Shown here: positions 30,301 to 42,300 of the stretch, piece after piece
Position numbering within the stretch: the stretch's first letter is position 1
Layout of the letters: every line of letters begins with the position of its first letter
Assembly (NCBI GenBank): GCA_050250375.1
Contig: JBFWOS010000003.1
Span: 559,286-623,285 of the forward strand
DNA: 64,000 nt
DNA from: Candidatus Omnitrophota bacterium
GTDB taxonomy: Bacteria; Omnitrophota; Gorgyraeia; Zapsychrales; Zapsychraceae
Reading direction: 5' to 3'
The notes under the pieces: generated by a model
Told to the model about the DNA's origin: nothing
What the model saw: the letters and a program-made list of their open reading frames with translations, nothing else
Databases searched by the model: none
Program-made: the position numbers and the translations under genes

Positions 30301-33300
30301 CGTAACGTTTTCCTTCGATGGTTACCGTTTGAGCCAGAACTTGTTTTTCCAAAATGAGTTCGCCGGATGATTCTACTGTCTTGATCATCAATACAGGAAT
30401 GTAGACACGTTTGCTCTTTCCGCCTTCGGTATATTTGTAAACAAACCGCTGTTCATACTCGACCCGTCCGTTCTCAACAGCGATGATCTTGCGTTTGTAT
30501 TGGTCACTACCTTCATTCCGTTCAACAAAGGTGACTGCGTTCGACTGTTCATCTTGCTGAGCTCCGGTCATAAAGGCCGTATCTGTAACGATCATGTTGG
30601 TTTCATAAATCAATTTTTGTCCGTAACTCAGCTCTCCGCCGAAATTCAATTCAAGTGGTTTATCTTGATGATCCGCGGTGATGCTCATGGCGCTGGCGGC
30701 AACAACAACGGTCTGACCGTCAGCGTTTGTTTCAAAGGCCGTAGCCTGGTATGTTTCAAAACCGGTTCCGGCATCGATGGAAACATTGATTGCCGTCGTT
30801 CCGGTCCTGTTGAGGGCAATTATGATCCTGCGTTCGGTGTTTTCCGTGATCAGCTGATTGATTTTTTGGTTGACTTCCGACTGGGTGATGCGGCCGGCCT
30901 GGCTCTTGGCCGCAGAGACCATACTGTGGATTTGTGACCGGACTTCCAGAGTATCAAGGATTGTTTCAGCCAGGAACCGCTGACGGCTTACATCGCCTTC
31001 CGCGACAGCATGTTTAATATCGCGGCGCATCGTCAGGTTAACGTTCGGATCGTTCTCAACAATAATGATCAATTTGGCCCGATTAATATCCAGACGTTGT
31101 ATGCCGGAACCTTCTCTCAAATTTGAACGTGAGGTGAACTGGATAGCTTCCGCTGTTGCAGTTGATCCGATAAATACCGTGTTGGCTTTAGTCGGTGCTT
31201 CGCCCCGGATCTTAGCCAGGATGTTGGAACCGCCGGAGAGACCTAACTGAACGACGATGACTTCCAGGTTAGGATCTCTTTGGGCTTGCTCAACCAATCG
31301 TTTGGCCGCGGCTTCCTGCACCGGATCCGGCTGACCTTTCAATACGGCATCTTCTCCGACAATAACGATTAATTTCTCCCTGCCGAATGAGACTTTCTCG
31401 CCGTCCATCAGTTCAACGTCCCTGACCCTAAAGACATTGTCCGTCCCTTCAACCGGACTGGCGGTTCGGAGTAAACGTTCCCGTAATTTTCCAAATCCCA
31501 GTGCGTTCCAGATGGAAACGAGGATGACCCGGGCGCTGAGCGTGTTCAATTCAGGATCCGTTATCGTTTTCAACAAGACGTCAACCACCGGTTCGCCCGG
31601 CCGGTCATAGCTGGCCCTGGTCAAATCAAAGTTTAATTCCAGAACATCCGGCAGCCCGGATTCTTTACCGGCCCTGAATATCCTGGCGCCCTGCATTTCC
31701 GCAGACAGGCGCATAGATTCTGCGGTCGCCGTCATACCGATCGCACCGGCCACCAGACGATGGACATCCGCCGCCTTGACAGCGTGTTCAACCTTAGACA
31801 ACGCAGCCGTCATGTAATTATCCAGTTTCAGCCGTTCGATGGTGACGATGGCCCGGGCCAGATGGGCGTCTCCCGGGATAGTTCCCGGTTGAGCGAATTT
31901 GTTGACCGTCAACATATAAATACCCAGGTCACTGTCGGCATCCCGTCCGTAGACCGGGTTATCACGGGCATACATCGCCTCGACAAACGCATTCACTTGT
32001 TCCGTGATCTCTTTGCGGGTTTCCGGAAGCACTTCAATATTCTCTTCCCTTAATTTATTAATTTCACGCTGATATTCTTTGAAGAACCTGGCCAGCGGAG
32101 ATAACTGTTCACCCTCAAGCAGGTATTCGGAACGAAGGACCGGGCGTCCGTGCTGATCGACATCAAAGATCAATTCTTTCTGACCGTTGACTTCGCTTAA
32201 CATACGGTCGAGTATTTCATATTTGATCATATCCTGACGGGCCATCATTTCCAGTTCAAGCAGTCTCTGTTTCGCTTCGGCATTACCGGCCTGCGCCTGT
32301 TCTCTTAATTCCTGCAGTCTTCGTTGTCCCTTGATCAAATCAGCGGACCGTTCAAACGCGTCGCTTTCGTCGTTGATTTCAAAGACACGTTTGCCGGTTT
32401 CGCTGTTCAATAATTTGAGAGACACCAATTCTTTTGAATCTTTGAAGTCTCCGACGTTGATCCCTTCTTCAAGGTTAAATTTCCCTTCTTGTTTGACTCT
32501 TCGGATTCCGCCTTTTTCAACGATTTCACGCAGCAACGGATGGTTCATGAAATCACCAACCTTGGCTTCCGGTACGTTAAACAGGATGATCACTCTGCCG
32601 TTTGTTTTTCTGTACAACCAGCGGGCAATGGCTGCAGCCAGGTCAGATTTACCAATACCGGTATCGGCGGAAACGATATTAAATTCGCCTTTCTTGTCCA
32701 TAAACGCGCGGGCTGTTTCTATAAAGACCTTGGCCGCGTGGATCTGTTTGAGACGGCCTTCGGATAAGTCGTAACGGGTATTGTCACCTTTGCTGATAAT
32801 ATAGGCTTCCATATCGCGTTTGACTTCAGCCAGGAATTCGTATAATTCCAGGACTTCATTTTCAAACCGGCTTCGGTTTTGTTTGGCCGATAATTCTGCC
32901 GCCCGTTCTCCATCTTTAAACAGACGCTCGACTTCTTTTGATACTTCGATATAATGCAGGTTGATCTTTTCTGTTGATTTTGTCTCGGATGGTGTCTTTC
33001 TGACGGACGGTTCACTGGATCCCTGTTTATTATTTCGGCGGACAGATGGATCGACACGGTCCAAAATACGGCCCAGCCGGGATGATGACCGTTTAGCGGA
33101 CAGAGCCGAACGATCCTGATTATCTGAACCTCTTTGAACATCTTTCCGCCCGGAACGGACCACCCGTCTGAACACTCTCAATATCCATTCATACCACGGA
33201 TCTTCCGGCGGCTCCGGAGGACCGTTAGCCGGACCAGACAACAACGAGTCTTTAGCGTTAGCTTTTTTATTATCTGAACGGGAATTGGATGATGACCCGC

Positions 33301-36300
33301 CCTTGCCGCCAAACCCGAACAGGCCACCCATAGCCATCGCCATCATTGTGTGTGCATCACCGCTAGAATCTGTTCCACTGACTAACGCATATCCGAGAAC
33401 GACTGCCAGGATGATAAACGGCCCGAAGTGATCTCTGAAGACCACCCGTCCGATAAGATGGAACAACCGTTCAACTAGATAACCGACATACGCGGCCATG
33501 GCCGTCAAGAACCCGATCTTGTAAATGATTCTCCAGTCTGAGGTCACGTTGAAGTATTCAAAAATATCATCCCATGCCCCGTCAAAAATGATCTCTTTGA
33601 TTTCCGGAGAAACAGCTGCCCCAACAACCGCCGCCGTCAAAATAACGACAAACCAGACAAACCACCGCACCCACTGTTTGTAATCGCTGGCCGGGTTTCG
33701 GAAGATATTCTTCGGTCCTTCCACAAAGACCAGTGAATCATGGATCTTCTTGATGCGGATCGCGCGTTTGATCTTGCTGTATACGACCTTGACCGCGGCC
33801 AGACCGAGAAGACCAAGGACAACGGTTAATATGGAGACAGCACCTCTACCCTTAGTTCCCGATTCCCCAATCGTAACTTTAGTTTCTTTATAAGAACGGG
33901 TGCTGTCTCCAAGATCCTGAGGATCAAGTTGTGCAAGAACAGGGGCAATGCCATTAACTTCAGTCTCCGATTCCCCAATCGTAACTTTAGCTTCTCTTAA
34001 AGAACGGTCATTGCCCCTGTTGTTTATAGATTGGACAGCGTCATCACTTTCAGTCTCCGATTCCCCAATCGTAACTTCAGTTTCTGTTAATGAACGATGA
34101 ACGCTGTCCTCGATTGCTGTTTGGCCGCGGGCTTCATTCGTGGTCAGGATAACCAGCGCGAGAACGCCCAGGATAAACGGCATTAAATATCTCACGGCAC
34201 GCATGATGCGGTTTGCTGCCGGGACCGGTTTCGATTCCTTAATCATGATACCGGCGTCAACCAGAGATCGGGCGTGTTCAATCATGCCGCCGTTTCGTCT
34301 GGCGATAAAGTATTGTTTGATGTGTTCCAGCCCGCGTCCGGCGATATCATCAACGATGGCCGACATAAATCCGCTCCGGTTTCGGCTGCTGATGAAGTTG
34401 ACGACGCGTCTGGCGTTGACGAATGTCTCTTTATCCAGAAGGATCGCCGCGATACCCAGGGCGGCGGTTCCTTCAACCTTCATGCCGAAATGCTGCAGAA
34501 GGGCCATGGTGTAAATAGAATCCACATCCGCGACCCGGTAGGCGCCGTCGGCATATTCACGGAAGCGGTCAATCGCCGCCGGTTCAGGTGTGGCTGCGTT
34601 GCCGTCGGCCGGCATGTTGTTGGCGGCCGGGATTTGTTCCCTGATCGGAACGGCCGCGCCCTGCTGGATCGTGCGGAAACTCATGTCGACACGCGGTGTG
34701 GTGAACCCGTAGACATGCGCTTGCGGAATTCTGTTCTTGATTTGGAGTCCGGTTCCGGCAATCCATCCGGTTGATCCCATGGCCATGGTCACAACTAATT
34801 CACCTTCTTTTAGTTGTTCAATATTGATGGCCGGATCAGCGATGTAGCTTTGAACAACTTCTTCTCCGCCGGCGGCATAACCTGTACCAACCCATTCTTC
34901 AGCTGCTTTATCAAAATGACGGATCTGCATTTTGTGCCGCGGATCTTCATCCACCAGTTTCCAGACGACCTGTTCGGCTTCTTCATAACTTCCGTAATCG
35001 GCGTACAACCGTCCGCCGGCGTTTTTAATATTATTCTTTTTGTGTTCCAGGATATCGGTATCTGAATAAACGACTCCCTGCATGGTCTCAACCATTTCAA
35101 TAAATTGCGCCTGCGTTAAACCGCCCAGCGGCTCTCCGGTAAAGATGCCCGGATAATCCCGCTGCAATTCCAGGAACAGACGGACGAAATAAGCGTATCC
35201 GTTTTGCTGTAATTTTTCTTTGACCGCACGCACCGCGGTGACGGTGGCCAGGCCGTGGTTACCGGTAGAAACAGCAATGACTTCATACGGGATCTGTCCT
35301 TTGAGGACACGGACAAAGACTTCAACCGGCGCGCGGTTCTTGAATGATCCGGTACGGTATTGCCCCTGACCTTCGGCTTCGAAACCGTAAGATTCGTCTT
35401 TGAAGTCGATTCGGATCTCGCGGCCTTCTTCCCGTTCCAGAATGTCATTGACGAACCGGTTGATGCCTTCGATGGTTGTCAACGGCGTGGCTGACGGAAC
35501 AAGACCGAATTCACGCTGCAGCCGCAAGGCCGCGTGGACCTTTTCATCCGTAATGCCGCCGGCTTCTCTTCTGGCTTTAGCTTCGCGATGCGATAACGGC
35601 GTCAGAATAACCCGGTCAATACCGACCGGCAATCCTGTTGGGGTTGTTTGCGCGCGATGGATGCGACCTGACTTCTTCAATAACGCTTTAACGGAGAATA
35701 AAATTCTCTGGGCAGCAGCACGAACTCCAGTTCCCGATTCCCCAATCGTAACTTTAGCTTCATCTGTTAATGAACGGCTGCTGCCCATATCTGTTGTGTC
35801 GCGGTACGCGACAATAATCGGTGTTTCAAAATGTTGTAACGAAATTGTCTGCGGATAGCCTTGAATGGTTTCTCGCACTTCTACGGTGAACCCGAGGCTT
35901 CTTAGATGACTGATGAAATAATCTTGATATTCCGGTTTGTTTTCATCCTGATGAAGTCTGACAAACACGAGACTCTTAGACAATGGTCTGAAGTAACGAT
36001 CCAGATTCTCGACCAGGTCTTTGTTCGCGCTGCGGTTCGGCGCATTGATGCTCACAATATCAAATTGACGTCTGAACCGTTTATGTTCTGCGGCATCACT
36101 GATGCTGATATTTCTGTTTTCTGCGCGGCCTTTGCGGTCATGCTGACGTTTGTTTTGAATCAGATAAGAATGGTCAATGCCGGCGACTCGGGCGAATAAG
36201 CCTGTTTCTTTATTTTCCGCCACAATCCGGTCGGCGAATTCATTACGGGTACGGCCGGATCCCAGGTCAATCAACGATACCGGTTTTTGCGAACCAAAAT

Positions 36301-39300
36301 AATCCCGGATGATCGTATAGAATTCAGTTTCAGAGGCAGCGCGGTTGACTTCCGTTTCCGATTCCCCAATCGTAACTTTAGTTTTGTCTGTCGAAGATCG
36401 CGCGCTGCCTCTGATATCTTTCCATATGCGGATGAAAATCCATGTAAATGCGACGGCCGCCCCAATAATGATCAGGGCTAAGAACCTGGCCAGGAATGTT
36501 TCCACCGGACCGTCGTAAGACGAACCATACGCCGGAGCGGCCAGGCCTGCCGCTGCTGCAACCAACCCGGTTTTAACGAGAGTATTGGAGGCCATGCGTG
36601 TCACACCAGTTTCCGATTCCCCAATCGTAACTTTAGTTTCATCTGTTAATGAACGTACATGGCCTCCAAAATGAATTCGGGTGAAATGAACAGGGACGGC
36701 GTAATAACCTTCGGTTTCCGATTCCCCAATCGTAACTTTAGCTTCATTTGTTAAAGAAGTTACGCCGTCCCTATATTGGTCAAAGTGATTTAAGACAGTT
36801 CCCTGCGAATTGATCGGGGCAGCACGTGTCACATCAGTTTCCGATTCCCCAATCGTAACTTTATTCTTCTTCGCAAAAGAAACGGACACCGTTTCTTTTG
36901 CTTCGAAGGAATATTCCTGCCCTGCTCCGCCGTAGCGAAGACTGTTTAAGACAGGCTTCGCAGAGGCGAGCGAAGCAAAAATATTGGATTGATCCGCGCC
37001 GCGAAGCAGAATAGTTTCATCTGTTAATGAACGTGTGCCGTCCCGATATTGGTTGACCGCGGCCATGGTGCCGATGCTGATGACCGCGACCAGAGTTATA
37101 AATGCTGTCCGGCTGAAAACAGCGCGCTTGATCCATTGTTTGAATTGATAAAGCCGAGGATATGATTTTTTCTGATAAATGTTGATGTAAAGATCGATAT
37201 AGACTTCTTCGAACCTCTCCAGGCTGTCTTTAACGCTGTAGTGTTCCAGTCCGTATTCTTTTAACAATTCCAAAGTGATCGCCCGGGCGGATTCGGCCTG
37301 ATGGCCTTTCTGTTCATCTTCGTTGAATAGTTGTTTAAACAGTTCGAATGCCTTGGCCTGGTCTTCCATCGTGAAGATCTGACGGACAATCTTGCGCAAC
37401 AGGTTGTCGGCGGCTTCCTTGACGACCGGCTGGTTCTTTCGGGACATGTCGCGCTCGTACAGGTGGGTCAGCACATCGACGGATTTCTGATCGATCTGGC
37501 TGAGCCGGGCGAAGACTACTTCCCCGACAACGTTCGTCAACCCTTCGGCATCTTTTAATACCAGACGAACCACTTCATCTCTGATTTCATCATCGTAAGC
37601 CTTGAATTTGCGTTCAGATTCGTCTCTTCTTTGGTCAACCGCGATAATCGTTCCCAACAGCAGGATGATCCAGGCTGTATTGCGGTTATACGTTGTCAAC
37701 CCGCGCTGAATACTCAACAAATGTTCAAATGAATCTTCGATCAAATCTCTGGTGTCTCGATGTTCAATGTAATCCACATACAGCCACGGGATCAGTGAAC
37801 CGCCGGACATGGCCGCTTCTTTGTTATCCAGTGTCTGCAGAATTTCCCTGACGTCGGATCCTCGAATGACATAACTTTGATTTCTGGACACAAACCGTTC
37901 GATGGAATCTCTTGTTCTTAACAGGTAGACAAACACCGCTAACGAACCGTGCAGGGCGATTTCATCTTCCGGATGAAGGATGATTTCATCGATCTGCAGG
38001 ATGTTTTCCATGACCGTGCGGTCAAGCTGCTGCTCGAGGACATCCATAGCTTCCTGATATTCAGCTGTTTTTCCGATATAAAGCAGATGAATGATCAGGC
38101 CGCCGAGCGATTTCGCAAGGACTTGATGAAGCTGTTCGCTGTTTTGTTTGTAGGCACCGGCGATTCGGAACAGGTTATAGATCAATGTTCCATAGAATGG
38201 TTCTTCAGGAACCAGCATAACGCGCCAAATATCACGGTTTCCGGTGACCGGGTCCCTGGTGTCCAGAACACCCTCACGTAAGAACCGGGCGACGTCATCT
38301 TTAGTTGTATTCGGACTTTGCAGCAACAGCCGGTGGAACGGCGCGACTTCGAGGTTATGCTGCATAATAAATTCTTTGGTTTCATGAACACGGGCCAATA
38401 ATTCCGTTCCGCTGTCGTCGGTCATTTGCTTAAACATTTCAACCAGCTGTTCATCGGTATAAGCCAGATATTCAGCCGAAACAGGTCCGACAATCTGTTT
38501 AAACACGTCAATGAATGAATCCTTGTTTTCAGACTGTTGCGGATCGAGCCCAAGCAGGTTGAATAATTCTAAGCGTTCCTTCGAACTATAGGTGGCCACG
38601 TGGCTTCTGAATTCGAACAGCAATGATTCTCGGGCCTTTTGTTCATCCAGATAATCCTGGATCATCAGCGACCAGATACCGAATCGTACGGCCAGATAAA
38701 GCGTAACCTTCCAGCCGTCTTTTAACCGGACAGGGAAAGCGCCCTGACTTAGAGTATCCGATTCCCCAATCGTAACTTTAGTTTCTTCAAAAGAACGGGC
38801 GCTTTCCCTACCAGATTTATTCTCGAGTAATTTGTTTATGTTAATCACAATCATTGACTCACGGACATCAACGATATACTGACTTTGCGGTTCATTGACC
38901 AGTTTGACAAAATTATTTCTGCGGTTCGTGTTACCGAATAATTCATAGAACCGGGCGTACAGGAAGGCGTATGTATTGAGCGTATCCCGGGTGAATCTTA
39001 AAATCTTGGCTGATTCGATTCTGGATAGTTTTAAATGACCGATGTTTCCGGAATCAATGCCTGAATAACGCAGGCGGACCTGCTGGACGTCAAAATCATC
39101 GGCCAAATGATGAGTTTCAATCTTTGCCAGAAGCTCAGCGGCTTGTTTCTCAAATAAGCTGTCTTCTGTATGTGAACGGATCTCGGCGATAAATCGGGCC
39201 CGTATACCGTAATCCAGTTTCAGGACCTGCGTGGCCAGGGCTCTTGGCGTAATCAGCCAGCGGCGGATGCCTTTCAGGTCGCGTAGTGTTGATAACAGAT

Positions 39301-42300
39301 GAACAACCTCTACGTCAATCGCGTTATAGTTCCGTATATCGGTATATCGTGCAAAGAATTTGGTGATTCGTACAGCGGTATAAATCAATGCTGCGGCAGA
39401 AAGGACACCTGCCAGAACAGCTAACCAGAACCATGCGGTCGTTCCGGAAGCACCCATCAGGAACGGCGTTACGGCCAGGATGACGACAGCGCGCAAAATA
39501 CGGTCACGTCGTAAAGTTTTCGCCGCCGGAGGCGCGCGGGTTTCTTTCGTTGAGACCGTTTGGTTATGTTTCTTTCTGAGACTGAGGACCTGTTTGATCA
39601 ACACAACCGGAATGGTGACAATCACGGCTAACGCCGCCACGGCCAGCCACGGGCTGTGCTCAAATCCCGGTGTAGCGGACAACCCAAGAATCACGGCCAG
39701 GATGACGCTAAACGGTGATGTCATCAGTTTGGTTGACTCCGGCGCCTGCCAATCCCGGCTGGTGATCTTATCTTTGCGACGGATGGACATCAGTTTTTGT
39801 TCAAGGACATCCTGCAATTCTTTGCTTAAAGGTTTATCATCCTTAAGGAGAAGCAAGGTATCGTAAGAAACCTGTCCGATATCCGCATCCCCGATAACCT
39901 CTCCTGTCCCGGCGTGGACGTTGATGCCCAGTTGAGTAAGAACAGAACTCAATACATACAACCAACCAGAGAAGTTAACGGCGGAGATTTCAAGCAGTGT
40001 CCCTTCTTTGCCCTTGTATGTGGCCCCGGATAATTCGATCTTTGTCAGGATGTCCGTTTGCGGGACATTAAATGAGAGTTCAATATTCGCCTGACGTTCT
40101 TTAGTTTGTGTGGCGGTTTCACCCTCGGTGGCTGTTTCTCGTTTTTCTTGCAGGATATCTTCCGGCCGTACTTCTTCATTAATCATGCGTTCGATATCGC
40201 GTTTCATATCGGCCAATAAATCTTCCCAGGCCGTGCTGATGCCGGTGCGGTGTTCAACAAAGAAGTGGTCGATGACCAGACCGGAAGGTCCAAGTCCGAC
40301 TTTGTAGTTACGGCGGGCGAATCCATACGCCAGCAGCACGACAGAAATCTTGTTTAAAATACCCGGCCGGTCTTCATCCATCGGGTCAAACCGGATGAGG
40401 ATCTCTTCCGTCTTGCCTCTGACCGGCGAAGCACTGGACGGATTACTGACTGAAATGTTGATGCGGTCGTCGTGAGAACGGTCTTGCATGACCAAACGTC
40501 TGTCCTCTTCTACTTGTCTGGCCTGTGAGGCGCTCAGCGTTTGCACAACGTAATTCCTGTCACCGATGCGTTTCAGGTCAACATCGAAGACCGGATAGTA
40601 ATCTTTCAGACGCTGCGCGATACCCTGAGGCTGCAGAACGCTCATCTCGATCATGGTAAAGACCGTCAGCAGGGCCAGGCGGATCGGATCGTTTCCTATG
40701 ACTTCCTTGAAGAATTCGGCCATATCCGCCGGATTATCACCCTTACGGATGCGGGCGATCAATGCTTTTTGGTTTTCGATCAACCAGACGATCAGCCGTG
40801 TTTCGCGGCTGAACGGCAGCATGCCCATTCTGGCCAAAACGAAATACAATCGTCCGGAGTGGAACATTCCGTCAATACCGGCCACGATGTGGACCGGAAG
40901 GAACCGGCTCAGGCCGTTGATAATCCATTCCGGTGTGTGACCGTTGGTGTGCATCAACAGGGCCAGGCGCAAAGCCCGTCTCAGGTTATGACGGGTCAGA
41001 TAATCAATGCTTGGTTCCAGTTTGGCCTGCATGTCCGCAAAGACGGCCTGATCCATATCGTGGACCATTCTCGGTTCATGGAACATCAGCGCCTCACCGC
41101 GGACAAACGTTGCGACCGTGTAATGGTCTAACGTCAGATGATGCGGCGGATCAAGGTGACGGCGGTACATCAGTTCTCCGAAACCAAAAACAATCTTGGA
41201 CAGGATATTGTTGTTGGCCTTGTCCGCAAAATATCTTAATCTCCAGACGCCGGCGGTCAACGGCGCGTTGACTTTCATGTATTGGTGGACGAATCTGAAC
41301 CGCAGCAGCATCCATGTCCACCATCCGGCGGTTTCCATTTCGCGTTCGATTCGGTCGAAGATCCCGCCTCTTAACGCGGTCGGATAATTAACGGCAACGT
41401 TGGTCAATAAGTCGAACAATCGCGGCAGATAACTGCGGCGTTTCGGCTGTTGATAATCAATCGCCAGCGCGCGTTGGTTGTCGCGGTGCTGGAATCCGTC
41501 TTCCAGCATGAGATATGTTCCGGTTCTTCTGACAACCACAATGTCGTCCGGAAGGCTGGTGTCGATGGTTTCCGGTACGACCCTCAATTCATCGGCGCCT
41601 GACAGGATGAGCCTCAACCGTCTGAACGCGAACGTAAACAAGCGGTCTTGCGCCCTTCTTAAATCTTTCAGGAATTCCGGAATGATCTCTGCCGGTGTCC
41701 CGGTATAGCCCAGTTGGGCGGCGATCAGGGCGTATTGGTCAACCCTGACCCTGGTGCGGTTGGATTTGATGTTCATTTGCCCGACGACCGCGCGGACTTT
41801 CAGCAGCAGGATGTACGCGCGCCGGGCTTTTTCCAACAGGTCGCGGTCAAACACACCTTTATTCAACAGATAATTCCAAACCGCTGCATCCGGGATGAAT
41901 TCTTCAGAAGCCAAAGCATTGGTATCGGTGTGTTCGGCGATGAAGCCCGCCAATCCGATTGAATAGATTGTCTGCAGGTCTCTTAATGAACCGTTGCCTT
42001 CCTTCAGGTTAGGCTCTTTGGTATTCAAGCCTTCGCGGAAACCGTTCTTTTGGTATCGGATCTGCCATTCCAGACGTTTAAGCTTGGCAAAAACCAGCGG
42101 ATCAACATTGTAAGCCTGTTTCAGTCCGGCGAAGACTTCCATTCTCCAGCCGTTCCAGATTGAACGATCTCCGGCCACATAACGGGTCTCAAGGATAGAA
42201 CTCGCGATCTGGACCTGGGCGAGGTTTTCCGATTCCCAGCGGATGGTTGAAGCGTTCGGAACAAATTCAACCTGTTCATTGAATACTTCCGTAACCACCA

